Below, piece after piece: positions 6,821 through 15,977 of a stretch of 35,382 nt of DNA; positions within the stretch are counted from its first letter, which is position 1, and the number at the start of each line of letters is the position of its first letter. The stretch comes from Minisyncoccota bacterium (GTDB lineage Bacteria; Patescibacteriota; Minisyncoccia; Phycocordibacterales; UBA2100). The notes under the pieces are model-generated. The model was given only the letters and a program-made list of their open reading frames with translations. It had not been told where the DNA came from and ran no database searches. Location: assembly GCA_041675105.1 (NCBI GenBank), contig JBAYUL010000001.1, positions 1 to 35,382 on the forward strand, written 5' to 3'. The position numbers and the translations under genes were made by a program.

Positions 6821-9800
6821 ATGAAATACGATCACAAGTCGATTGAAAAGAAGTGGCAAAAGTTCTGGAGTGAGAACAAGATATATACGACGCCGGATAG
6901 CGCTCCGGGAAAGGACAATTTTTATCTGCTGGTAGAGTTCCCATACCCGTCTGGCAACCTCCACGTCGGTCACTGGTACGCGTTCGCGGTACCCGATATC
7001 CTTGCACGTTATGAGAGGATGAGGGGCAAAAACGTGATGTATCCCATCGGCTTTGATGCGTTCGGTCTCCCCGCGGAAAATGCGGCCATCAAGAATAAGC
7101 TCAATCCGCGCGATTGGACGGAGAAAAATATCGCGTATATGAAAAAGCAAATTGAGTCGATGGGGACATCGTTCGATTGGTCGCGGGAAGTGTCTACCAT
7201 CGACCCGGCGTACTACAAGTGGACGCAATGGCTTTTTCTCCAGCTCTACAAAAAAGGCTTGGTGTATCAGAAGGAAACCGCGGTCAACTGGTGTCCCGTG
7301 GACAAGACGGTGCTCGCCAATGAGCAGGTGATCGACGGCAAGTGTGACCGCTGCGGGTCGGAGGTAGAACAGCGGCAAATGCTCCAGTGGAATATCAAGA
7401 TCACTGATTACGCCGATAGACTCATCGACGACCTTGCGGCACTCGATTGGCCGGAGCAGATAAAGGAATCGCAGCGCAATTGGATAGGCCGCAGCGAGGG
7501 TGCTGAGATCGATTTTGCGTTAGACCTTGGAGCAAACGATGGCTCGCGATTTCTACTTCTGCACGGTCGCCAAGGGTCGCCTGAAGCCAACTTCTTTCCG
7601 TGGCTGAAGTCCGAACTTGAGGCAAGGGGCTATGAAGTAGAAGTGCCGCTTTTACCCAACACCGCTGAACCAAACGACGAAGAACAAGCAGATTTTGTTG
7701 TGAAGAACTGCAGGATAGATGAGCGGACTGTGATCATTGGCCACTCATTCGGAGGGGTGGTCGCAATGCGCCTCTTGGAGCGGGGACACAAGGCGCGTCG
7801 CGTCGTGTTCGTCGCGACGCCATGCAGCGGCGAATTTCTTGATGGGAAGGAGCGTCCGTCGGTCAAAGCGGCGATACTGAAGGGATTCGATTTTTTGGCC
7901 GTGCGGAAGAACGCTGACACTATTCAGGTGTTACCGGATGAATCTGATCCTGTCGTGCCCTTCGCTGACGCGGAGCTGCTCGCAAAAGAGACGGGCGGTA
8001 TGCTGGTGCGCGGCAAGGGCACCGAATACCATTTCACCGCGAAAGTAGAGCCGGATGTGCTCATGATGTGCGTCCCAACGATACGCGTATTCACGACGCG
8101 GCCGGACACGCTCTTCGGGGCGACGTATCTGGTGCTCGCGCCTGAGCATCCGTGGGTAACACTCGCGCTCGCGCACAAGACCGTTCTGAAGAACAACGAC
8201 GAGGTTCGAGCGTACGTTGACCGGACGGAGAGGATGTCCGACATGGACCGGCAAACGACCAGAGAGAAGACAGGCGTCCAGCTCAAGGGCGTGGACGCTA
8301 TTAATCCCGCAAACGGCGAAAAGATCCCGCTTTATATTGCCGACTACGTACTCGGGCACTACGGCACCGGCGCCATCATGGCAGTACCCGCGCACGACGA
8401 GCGCGATTTCGAATTCGCGAAAAAGTTTGATCTTCCGATAAAGCCCGTCGTAGAACCACAATATGTCGGGAAAGGGGAGGGTGAACCCAAACAAGGCGAA
8501 GACTTTGTAAAACGTAACGCGGTATGCGTTGTTGTCCGAAATCCGAAGGACGACACGTATCTTTGCATAAGCTGGAAGACAATGCTCATGCACGGGCTTG
8601 TGACGGGAGGCATTGAAGATGGCGAAGATCTTGTGGAAGCGGCGAAACGTGAAGTGCGGGAGGAGACAGGGTATAAGAATTTACGACTTGTCTGGAATCC
8701 TGGCATTGCGAATCACACTTTGTTCTATCATCGGGTAAAAAAACAGAATCGGTGGGCGCGATTTACGAACATATTCTTTGAGCTCGAGAACGACGAGCGT
8801 GACCCTATTGATCCCAAAGAGGAAGCGTTGCATGAAGTACTGTGGCTCAAGAGAGACAAGCTGAAGGATTTCTTTTCGGTATATGAAGGACGCTTCATCC
8901 TTGACCTGCTTGATCATCCCGACTATGTCCACACGGATGCGGGCGTGCTCCACAATTCCGGTGAGTTCGACTGGATGGGCTCCGAGGAGGCCAAGAAAGT
9001 AATGACAGGACGATTCGGACGCAAGAAAACGACGTACAAGCTTCGCGACTGGATAGTCTCGCGTCAGCGCTACTGGGGTGTGCCGATACCGATGATCCAT
9101 TGCGAGAAATGCGGCAACCAGCCAGTGCCCGATGAGCAGCTACCCGTGCTTCTACCCGATGTTGAAGATTACCTACCGGAAGGGAGCGGGAAATCGCCGC
9201 TTGCCAAAGTGAAGGATTTCGTAGAGATACTGTGTCCGCGGTGCGGAGGTAGAGCGCAGCGCGAAACAGATACGCTCGATACATTCGTCGACTCATCGTG
9301 GTACTTTTTGCGTTATCTCGACGCGAACAACGCGGACGAATTTGCGGCGCGAGAGAAACAAGGGATGTGGATGCCGGTGAATATGTACAGCGGGGGAGCC
9401 GAGCATACAACGATGCATCTTTTGTATAGCCGCTTTTGGCACAAAGCGCTCTTCGACATCGGGCTTGTCGGTGATGCGGAGCCGTACGCCCATCGTGTGA
9501 ATCATGGTCTTGTTCTGGGGCCTGACGGACAAAAGATGAGCAAATCAAAGGGCAATGTGCTTGATCCGGACGAGGTGGTGGAGAGGCTCGGAGCGGACAC
9601 GGTACGCATGTACCTTGCCTTTATGGGCCCGTACACGGGTGGAGCCAGCTATCCCTGGAATCCCGACGGGGTCGTGGGAGTGCGACGATTTCTCGAACGT
9701 GTGGCGCGGACCGAAGAGTACGTCCAGAGCTCGCACGTCGACGAATTGGATATGATATTGAACAAGACCATTCAGAAAGTCGGGGACGATATTTCAGTCT

Positions 9801-10204
9801 TTAAATTCAACACGGCAATCAGTCAGCTGATGATTCTGATGAATGCTATCGAGAAGACAAAGAAACTGGGGACAGACCAATGGAAACTCTTGCTGCACAT
9901 TCTTGCTCCGTTCGCACCTCACCTTGCTGAAGAGTTGTGGCATGTACTCGGCGGAACGGCATCCATTCATCTGGAGTCGTGGCCGAAGTATGATCCTTCC
10001 AAAACAGTCGATGACGAGATCGTTTTGGCGGTGCAAGTGGACGGGAAGACGCGAGGTGAAGTGAGGGTGAAAGCAGATGCAGATAAAGCCACTATCGAAA
10101 CGGCTGCGCGCGAAGCGGTCGCATCCAGACTGGAAGGGAAGACCGTGACGAAAACGATCGTCGTGCCAAAGCGGCTCGTGAACTTCGTGCTTAGCGCCTC
10201 GTGA
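6821..10204 (+). CDS. leuS: Leucyl-tRNA synthetase, unusually long (1127 aa) with two nested extra domains
   Basis: 'MKYDHKSIEKKWQKFW' canonical N-terminus at ATG 6821; the ORF-track TTG 6722 extension has no homology-like content. Motifs seen: HIGH 'HVGH', 'NWIGRSEGAEIDF', CP1 'TTRPDTLFGATY' and 'AHDERDFEFAKKF', 'YKLRDWIVSRQRYWGVPIP', KMSKS 'KMSKSKGN'. Confidence 0.95.
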   Translation: MKYDHKSIEKKWQKFWSENKIYTTPDSAPGKDNFYLLVEFPYPSGNLHVGHWYAFAVPDILARYERMRGKNVMYPIGFDAFGLPAENAAIKNKLNPRDWTEKNIAYMKKQIESMGTSFDWSREVSTIDPAYYKWTQWLFLQLYKKGLVYQKETAVNWCPVDKTVLANEQVIDGKCDRCGSEVEQRQMLQWNIKITDYADRLIDDLAALDWPEQIKESQRNWIGRSEGAEIDFALDLGANDGSRFLLLHGRQGSPEANFFPWLKSELEARGYEVEVPLLPNTAEPNDEEQADFVVKNCRIDERTVIIGHSFGGVVAMRLLERGHKARRVVFVATPCSGEFLDGKERPSVKAAILKGFDFLAVRKNADTIQVLPDESDPVVPFADAELLAKETGGMLVRGKGTEYHFTAKVEPDVLMMCVPTIRVFTTRPDTLFGATYLVLAPEHPWVTLALAHKTVLKNNDEVRAYVDRTERMSDMDRQTTREKTGVQLKGVDAINPANGEKIPLYIADYVLGHYGTGAIMAVPAHDERDFEFAKKFDLPIKPVVEPQYVGKGEGEPKQGEDFVKRNAVCVVVRNPKDDTYLCISWKTMLMHGLVTGGIEDGEDLVEAAKREVREETGYKNLRLVWNPGIANHTLFYHRVKKQNRWARFTNIFFELENDERDPIDPKEEALHEVLWLKRDKLKDFFSVYEGRFILDLLDHPDYVHTDAGVLHNSGEFDWMGSEEAKKVMTGRFGRKKTTYKLRDWIVSRQRYWGVPIPMIHCEKCGNQPVPDEQLPVLLPDVEDYLPEGSGKSPLAKVKDFVEILCPRCGGRAQRETDTLDTFVDSSWYFLRYLDANNADEFAAREKQGMWMPVNMYSGGAEHTTMHLLYSRFWHKALFDIGLVGDAEPYAHRVNHGLVLGPDGQKMSKSKGNVLDPDEVVERLGADTVRMYLAFMGPYTGGASYPWNPDGVVGVRRFLERVARTEEYVQSSHVDELDMILNKTIQKVGDDISVFKFNTAISQLMILMNAIEKTKKLGTDQWKLLLHILAPFAPHLAEELWHVLGGTASIHLESWPKYDPSKTVDDEIVLAVQVDGKTRGEVRVKADADKATIETAAREAVASRLEGKTVTKTIVVPKRLVNFVLSAS
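7523..8077 (+). other. In-frame insertion in LeuRS: YdeN/RBBP9-type alpha/beta serine hydrolase domain (~185 aa)
   Basis: 'FLLLHGRQGSPEANFFPWLK', nucleophile elbow 'IIGHSFGG' (Ser codon 7745-7747), 'DESDPVVPF' and 'EYHF'. Lies between the LeuRS motifs 'GAEIDF' and 'IRVFTTRPDT'. Confidence 0.8.
8450..8935 (+). other. In-frame insertion in LeuRS: Nudix hydrolase domain (~150 aa)
   Basis: Perfect Nudix box G-x5-E-x7-REVxEExGY: 'GGIEDGEDLVEAAKREVREETGY' (8606-8674). Lies between the LeuRS motifs 'AHDERDFEFAKKFDLPIKPV' and 'GVLHNSGEFDWMGSEEAKK'. Confidence 0.85.
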
Positions 10205-11651
10205 CACGGGGCCCCTCCGATTCGTCCTTTACTTCGTACCCGTGCTCCGCGATCGCAGCGCGAAGTTCGTCCGCGCGTCGCCAGTCCTTGTTGGACCGTG
10301 CCTCCTCGCGCTGTTCGATGAGCAATGCGATATGAGAAGGAAGATCACTCGCCCCGACATCGTTCTTTGTGAGTTGCTTCAGGATCGGCGGCTGAGAGAG
10401 CCCCAGCCCAAGGACGCGGTCCGCTGCGCGGATACCCGCCGCAATGTCCTCCGGAGAGAGTGCTGTATCTTTCGCCATCTCCCACAACACGGCAAGCGCT
10501 CCCGGCGTATCAAGGTCGTCGTTCACGCGCTCGGTGAATCGCTTCATGTACGCGGCGGGAGTGGTGCCGCCGTCGGGTTTGGCGTATGTGGCGAGACGCG
10601 AGAGAGCGATCGAGGATCCAGACAAAGATTCCCAACTGAAATTCGAACTCGTACGGTAGTGCGCTCCCAGGAAAAGGTAACGAAGCGCCAGCGGATGAAA
10701 TCCTCTTTCAACGACGTCGGAAAGATAGACAACGTTGCCATCCGATTTAGCGATCTTCTGGCTCTCGATCTGCACGTGCGCGCGATGCATCCAGAATCGC
10801 GAGAGAGGCTTCTTTCCCGTCACGGCTTCGGACTGCGCGATCTCATTGTTGTGGTGCACTGGTATGTGCTCGATGCCCCCGGTATGGATGTCGATCTGTT
10901 CACCGAGTGTGCGGCGAATCATGGCGGAACACTCGATGTGCCACCCGGGGAATCCTTTGCCCCACGGGCTCTCCCAACCGAGCTTCTTGTCGAGCTTCCA
11001 AAGCGCAAAATCCGTTGGGTGCCGTTTACCGGAGACGGCGGCGACGCGCGCCCCCTCCTTAAGTCCCGCAAGGTCGATGCCGCCAAGAGCGCCGTATCCC
11101 GAGAAGCGCGTAGTATCAAAATAGACGCCGTCGGATGCTCGGTACGCATACCCCTTTTGTTCGAGGGTCTCGATCATCGCGACCTGCGCAGGAATGTGGT
11201 CGCTCGCGCGGGGGAACTCGATGTGGCCGGTGTCGATATTGAGCGATCGAATGTCTTCCTGGAAGATCGCGGTGTATTTCTCGGCAAGTTCCCGCATGTT
11301 CTCGAGCGTGAGTTTTTTGCCCTCGCGTTTCAGACCTTTGCTCATCTTGTCCTCGCCCTCGTCGGCATCCGACGTGAGATGGCCGACATCGGTGATGTTG
11401 ATGACTTGGCGGACGGTAAAGCCATTGAACTCGAGAGTACGGCGGAGCACGTCGGCGAATACGAACATAGAAAGATTGCCGATATGTTGCTTCCCGTAGA
11501 CCGTGGGTCCGCAGTTGTACATGCGCACTGTGTGCGCACGCGGGGGGAGCGTGAATTGCTGCGAGTCCTTAACAAGAGTGTTGTATAGAAAAAGGGGCGT
11601 ATCGGTTGGTAGCTGCGTCTTTTTACGGGACCAGAGGAAGGGAAACTTCAT
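10191..11651 (-). CDS. cysS: Cysteinyl-tRNA synthetase
   Basis: 'MYNCGPTVYGKQHIGN' HIGH region, 'WHIECSAM', KMSKS-like 'KIAKSDGN'. Start set at ATG 11651 (MKFPFLW...), which has CATACT 7 nt upstream. The ORF track begins at TTG 11687. The 3' end overlaps leuS by 14 nt, convergently. Confidence 0.95.
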   Translation of the reverse strand: MKFPFLWSRKKTQLPTDTPLFLYNTLVKDSQQFTLPPRAHTVRMYNCGPTVYGKQHIGNLSMFVFADVLRRTLEFNGFTVRQVINITDVGHLTSDADEGEDKMSKGLKREGKKLTLENMRELAEKYTAIFQEDIRSLNIDTGHIEFPRASDHIPAQVAMIETLEQKGYAYRASDGVYFDTTRFSGYGALGGIDLAGLKEGARVAAVSGKRHPTDFALWKLDKKLGWESPWGKGFPGWHIECSAMIRRTLGEQIDIHTGGIEHIPVHHNNEIAQSEAVTGKKPLSRFWMHRAHVQIESQKIAKSDGNVVYLSDVVERGFHPLALRYLFLGAHYRTSSNFSWESLSGSSIALSRLATYAKPDGGTTPAAYMKRFTERVNDDLDTPGALAVLWEMAKDTALSPEDIAAGIRAADRVLGLGLSQPPILKQLTKNDVGASDLPSHIALLIEQREEARSNKDWRRADELRAAIAEHGYEVKDESEGPRVTRR

Positions 11652-11658
11652 CCGGTAC

Positions 11659-11664
11659 AGTATG
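11659..11664 (-). promoter_or_regulatory. -10-like box CATACT, 7 nt upstream of cysS ATG 11651
   Basis: Minus strand: tcCATACTgtaccggATG. Confidence 0.35.
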
Positions 11665-11725
11665 GACGTAATACAGCGTATCTTCAAGCGCCATCTACGC
11701 CGTGTGGTAGGATATTGGCAACGAC

Positions 11726-13426
11726 ATGGAGTTATTCGCAGAACTGAGCCTCGTCATCGTTATAGCAGCGTGCGTTGCGGTGCTGATGCGTCTCCTGCGC
11801 CAGCCACTCATCATAGGACATATACTGACTGGCCTGATCGTAGGCCCATTTGTGCTCAATATAGTGCACTCGGCCGAGACGTTCGCTCTGCTCGGCGAGA
11901 TCGGCATCGCGATACTTCTCTTTACTGTCGGTTTGCATTTGAATCCCGACATAATCCGCAAATTCGGTAGGGTAGCCATTATTGCCGGAGTGAGCCAGGT
12001 CGCCATCACCTCTCTGGTGGGCTACGCGATATGTATCATGCTTGGCCTCAGTGCGTTGTCGGCCTTCTATGCCGCCGTGGCGCTCGCGTTCAGCAGCACC
12101 ATCATCATAATGAAGCTCATTACGGACAAAGGCGACCTCGACGTCCTCTACGCGAAGATCGCCATTGGCTTTCTGCTCGTACAAGACCTCATCGCGGTGC
12201 TCTTGCTTCTGGGGCTGCCGCTTTTTTCCTCCGGCAATCTCAGTACCTTGAGTGTGGTGAAGTTCATTTCCGCTGGCGCACTGCTCGTCGCGTTCGTCTA
12301 CCTCGCCTCGCGCTTCTTTGTGTCGAGGGCCAGCAATTTCATATCCGAATCGCAGGAATTCCTTTTTCTTTTTGCAATAACATGGGGAATAGGCGTGGCC
12401 GCCCTTTTCCAATATCTTGGATTTTCGCTCGAGAGCGGAGCACTTATCGCGGGTATTGCGCTCGCCTCATTGCCGGCGCGACAGGAGATAAGCGCGCGGC
12501 TCGTTCCACTGCGAGATTTCTTTATTGTGATGTTTTTTATCTACCTTGGCTCTCAGATGCAGCTCGGCGACATTATGGCGCTTTTGCCTGCCGCACTCAT
12601 ACTTTCGGCGCTCGTTCTTATAGGCAACCCCGTTATACTCATGGCTGTAATGGGACTTCTTCGCTACAAGAAGAAAACGAGCCTGCAAACTGGTTTTACC
12701 GTCGCGCAGATCAGTGAGTTTTCGCTCATTCTTGTGGCTCTTGGGGTGTCGCTCGGGCATGTGCCGCATTCGGTACTCTCGCTGGTGACGCTTGTCGGCG
12801 TGATCACGATATTCGGCTCAACGTATCTTGTCATGTATTCAGACAAGATCTACTCGGTGCTCGCGCCGTATCTTGGCATATTTGAGAGAGCGGACGCCCA
12901 CGAAGTGCGTATCAAGAAAGACGCATATACGGTCGTGCTATTCGGCTGCAACAGGATTGGCTATGACTTTCTCGAATCTCTGGGGGAAATGGGCGAGCGT
13001 TTCTTGGTCGTTGACCACGACCCCGAAGCTGTCGCGGGCCTTACAGCACGGGGGATAGCGACGGAATACGGTGATGCGAGCGACCTCGACTTCCTGGAAT
13101 CACTCGACTTGTCCAAGGTGGAGCTCGCAATATCGACCATACCGAACAACGAAACGAACTCGCTGATCTACCGTAGCGTGAAGTCGGCAAATCCGGATGC
13201 GGTGGTGATGCTCGTCGCGCACAGGGTCACGGATGCGCTCTCGCATTATGGTGAGGGTGTGGACTACGTGATACTCCCGCATTTTCTCGGCGGGAAATAT
13301 GCGGCGGAGTTGGTCGTGAAGTTCCGTGCGGATAAAGGTAAATATGAGACTCTCAGAAATAAACATATCCAACATTTACATTTGCGCGTTTCCTCCGGTC
13401 AGGAGCATCCGCGTGTCGGCAGGTGA
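11726..13426 (+). CDS. Cation:proton antiporter (CPA2/Kef-type) with C-terminal RCK/TrkA-N domain
   Basis: ~380 aa of hydrophobic helices starting 'ELSLVIVIAACVAVLMRLLRQPLIIGHILTGLIVGP' (Na_H_Exchanger pattern), followed by a Rossmann-like 'VVLFGCNRIGYDFLESL...LVVDHDPE...GDASD'. Confidence 0.9.
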   Translation: MELFAELSLVIVIAACVAVLMRLLRQPLIIGHILTGLIVGPFVLNIVHSAETFALLGEIGIAILLFTVGLHLNPDIIRKFGRVAIIAGVSQVAITSLVGYAICIMLGLSALSAFYAAVALAFSSTIIIMKLITDKGDLDVLYAKIAIGFLLVQDLIAVLLLLGLPLFSSGNLSTLSVVKFISAGALLVAFVYLASRFFVSRASNFISESQEFLFLFAITWGIGVAALFQYLGFSLESGALIAGIALASLPARQEISARLVPLRDFFIVMFFIYLGSQMQLGDIMALLPAALILSALVLIGNPVILMAVMGLLRYKKKTSLQTGFTVAQISEFSLILVALGVSLGHVPHSVLSLVTLVGVITIFGSTYLVMYSDKIYSVLAPYLGIFERADAHEVRIKKDAYTVVLFGCNRIGYDFLESLGEMGERFLVVDHDPEAVAGLTARGIATEYGDASDLDFLESLDLSKVELAISTIPNNETNSLIYRSVKSANPDAVVMLVAHRVTDALSHYGEGVDYVILPHFLGGKYAAELVVKFRADKGKYETLRNKHIQHLHLRVSSGQEHPRVGR

Positions 13427-13467
13427 GGATCCGTGCACGGTGTCTTTTCATAGTGTTCGCCGCGTGA

Positions 13468-13473
13468 GATAAT
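13468..13473 (+). promoter_or_regulatory. -10-like box GATAAT, 8 nt upstream of ATG 13482 (possible -35 TTTTCA 17 nt upstream)
   Basis: TTTTCA-N17-GATAAT-gcgtcgtc-ATG. Confidence 0.4.
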
Positions 13474-13481
13474 GCGTCGTC

Positions 13482-14720
13482 ATGAGTGAGCAAAAGACAC
13501 TTTCGTACGGTAGCGCGGCTTTCATGGCCGCGATCGTTTTGGTACTTGGATTCGTGGGCGGTAGTACCTATCAATCGCGTCATGCCACAGCTTCCGGCAT
13601 TGTCTCGGCTGACATGCCACAGAACGTAGACTTTTCTCCGGTATGGAAAGCGTGGAGCATCATCGACAAGAATTTCGTACCCGCCGCTGTTGCCACCTCG
13701 AGCCCTCTTGCCACGACGACCGCGGAGCAAGACCAGAACAAGGTGTGGGGCATGATCAGCGGGCTTGCGGCGTCGCTGAACGACCCGTACACGTTCTTCC
13801 TGCCTCCCGTCGAGAATGAACAGTTCTCGAGCGATATGAGCGGGCAGTTCGAGGGGGTGGGTATGGAGATCGATGTGAAAGACCAGGTGCTCACTGTCGT
13901 GACACCGCTCAAGGGAACCCCGGCGGACCGTGCGGGCATAAAGAGCGGAGATCTCATCCTTAAGATAAATGGCACACTCACGCGCGATATGAGCGTCGAG
14001 ACGGCAATAAAACTGATACGCGGTCCGAAGGGCTCGCAGGTCACGCTAACGGTCATGCGCAGCGGATGGTCCGAACCGCGAGAGATCAAGGTGACGCGGG
14101 ATGTGATCAATGTTCCCATCATAAAGACCACGAAACGGCCCGACGGCGTCTTCGTTATCGCCGTGTCGACCTTTACGTCCAATTCTCCGGACCTCTTCCG
14201 TAATGCTCTGCGCGAATTCGTGCAATCCGGAAATACGCGTCTTGTGCTCGACCTTCGTGGCAATCCGGGCGGCTACCTCGATGCAGCCGTCGATATCGCA
14301 AGTTGGTTCCTGCCATCGGGTAGTGTGGTGGTCACGGAAGACTATGCCGGTCATGCGCAGAACGTTGTGCATCGCTCAAGCGGGTATAATATTTTCAATA
14401 AGAACCTGAAAATGGCGATCCTCGTGGATAAAGGATCCGCATCGGCCTCTGAGATTCTTGCCGACGCGTTGCGTCACTACAAAGTGGGAACTATGGTGGG
14501 AACCAACACGTTTGGCAAGGGCGTCGTTCAGGAACTCTTCGAAATAACCCCGAAGACCTCGCTTAAGGTGACCGTAGCACGCTGGCTCGGCCCGGACGGC
14601 GTCCAGATACCCCACGATGGTCTTATACCGGACATTATGGCAACGACGAGCGACCAGGCGATAAAGGCGGGCGACGATCCACAGATGGACAAAGCGATAG
14701 AGATATTAGAGTCTCAGTAA
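13482..14720 (+). CDS. S41 family C-terminal processing peptidase (PDZ domain)
   Basis: N-terminal TM anchor, PDZ 'GVGMEIDVKDQVLTVVTPLKGTPADRAGIKSGDLILKING', 'LDLRGNPGGYLD', catalytic region 'LVDKGSASASEILADAL'. Confidence 0.9.
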   Translation: MSEQKTLSYGSAAFMAAIVLVLGFVGGSTYQSRHATASGIVSADMPQNVDFSPVWKAWSIIDKNFVPAAVATSSPLATTTAEQDQNKVWGMISGLAASLNDPYTFFLPPVENEQFSSDMSGQFEGVGMEIDVKDQVLTVVTPLKGTPADRAGIKSGDLILKINGTLTRDMSVETAIKLIRGPKGSQVTLTVMRSGWSEPREIKVTRDVINVPIIKTTKRPDGVFVIAVSTFTSNSPDLFRNALREFVQSGNTRLVLDLRGNPGGYLDAAVDIASWFLPSGSVVVTEDYAGHAQNVVHRSSGYNIFNKNLKMAILVDKGSASASEILADALRHYKVGTMVGTNTFGKGVVQELFEITPKTSLKVTVARWLGPDGVQIPHDGLIPDIMATTSDQAIKAGDDPQMDKAIEILESQ

Positions 14721-14728
14721 CGTAACCT

Positions 14729-15502
14729 TTAGTTAGTTAAGTAAAGTCTCTTGAAATGCTCGGTCAAAAGTGCCGTCTTTTTTCTGAGAACTGTTTCCTT
14801 GGAGCAGGCTTGTTGCCACTCTCTTGCTGTCGAGTAATTCTCATTCACAGCAAAAGACTTGGTTTCGCGCAATCTGTTCGAATTGAGGGCGGGATTAAGG
14901 TATACAGCAGAAGCGACCCCAAGGCTGCGACCGGCGTAGGCACTTTCGATGCTGGCGACATCCCCACTGTCCATGTGGAACGAATACACCATGTCATTCG
15001 GCTTCAACGTTTCCAACAGTTTCGTGAACCCGGGTTTAAAATCGATCTTGCTTCCCGCACTCTCTCCACCGGTAGGAAATATTAGAAAGACACCACCATT
15101 CGCTATGTGTGAAGCAACCTCTGACAGCACGTTGGCATCTGCAGGGACGATGTATGTTTCGCCGATGAGAGCACGAAGGGTTTCGTAGCCGTCCCTGTCA
15201 ACCATAATCTTTATATCATTTCGGTCGATACATCGAAGTATTGCGGGTACATCTACATAACCCGGGTGATTTGAAATGATTATCCCAGCGTCCGCATTGA
15301 GCCGTTTTCTTAATTCCAAAAAGTCCTTTTCGCCAGAACGCACATACACGGGAGCTATATTCCAAAGATCAAAGTACTTGTCGACACGATGGTGAAGAGC
15401 GGGCATGCCTTCTGTGGAAACATCGCGCTGAATATCGCCAAAGAGCTCTTTGTCTACTTTGTCGCGCAGATGCACTCCAAATTTCTCGCTCATAGTAATC
15501 AT
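14729..15502 (-). CDS. PlsC-like lysophospholipid acyltransferase family protein
   Basis: HX4D motif 'NHPGYVD' and 'LIFPTGGE' (FPEG-like). The region is visibly AT-richer than its neighbours. An alternative start at ATG 15493 has TAGAAT 7 nt upstream. Confidence 0.65.
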   Translation of the reverse strand: MITMSEKFGVHLRDKVDKELFGDIQRDVSTEGMPALHHRVDKYFDLWNIAPVYVRSGEKDFLELRKRLNADAGIIISNHPGYVDVPAILRCIDRNDIKIMVDRDGYETLRALIGETYIVPADANVLSEVASHIANGGVFLIFPTGGESAGSKIDFKPGFTKLLETLKPNDMVYSFHMDSGDVASIESAYAGRSLGVASAVYLNPALNSNRLRETKSFAVNENYSTAREWQQACSKETVLRKKTALLTEHFKRLYLTN

Positions 15503-15506
15503 TCTA
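15501..15506 (-). promoter_or_regulatory. -10-like box TAGAAT, 7 nt upstream of ATG 15493
   Basis: Minus strand: TAGAATgattactATGAGCGAG. Confidence 0.35.
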
Positions 15507-15536
15507 GCCTATTTTGCCCGGCATCATGTTCTCCTG

Positions 15537-15542
15537 TAGGAT
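15537..15542 (+). promoter_or_regulatory. -10-like box TAGGAT, 6 nt upstream of rplI ATG 15549
   Basis: ctgTAGGATatatatATG. Confidence 0.35.
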
Positions 15543-15548
15543 ATATAT

Positions 15549-15977
15549 ATGAAAGTCATCATGCTCAAGGATGTTGGTGGGGTAGGGCAGCGGGGGAAGG
15601 TGATCGAGGTGTCCGACGGATATGCCCTCAACTTCCTCATTGCAAAGGGGAACGCTATACAGGCGACACCTCAGAAGATCGCCGACGTCGAGAAGACGAA
15701 TGCCGAACTGGCCAAGAACGCTGCCGAGAAGAATGCGGCAATGGAGCAATCGATTCGCGCTCTTGAGGGCACCAGCGTTGATATAAAAGCCAAGGTCAAC
15801 GAAAAGGGGCACCTGTTCAAGAAGATCATGAAAGAAGACGTGGCGAAGGCGCTCTTTCTGTCGCCCGATACGATCGTTGATTTCCAGGGTCCGATAAAGG
15901 AGTCGGGCGAACACAAAATCAAAATCGCCTTCGCGGGTGCGAAGGCGACAGTGATTCTCAAAGTAGATTCGAATTAA
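15549..15977 (+). CDS. rplI: 50S ribosomal protein L9
   Basis: '[36 protein letters not shown]' is the canonical L9 N-terminal domain. Confidence 0.9.
   Translation: MKVIMLKDVGGVGQRGKVIEVSDGYALNFLIAKGNAIQATPQKIADVEKTNAELAKNAAEKNAAMEQSIRALEGTSVDIKAKVNEKGHLFKKIMKEDVAKALFLSPDTIVDFQGPIKESGEHKIKIAFAGAKATVILKVDSN

Noticed and set aside
7523-8935. Inteins as the explanation for the extra ~330 aa in LeuRS.
   Set aside because: There is no Cys/Ser/Thr-initiated block A, no terminal His-Asn plus nucleophile at either boundary, and no Hint or homing-endonuclease motifs. Both inserts instead carry complete alpha/beta-hydrolase and Nudix signatures.
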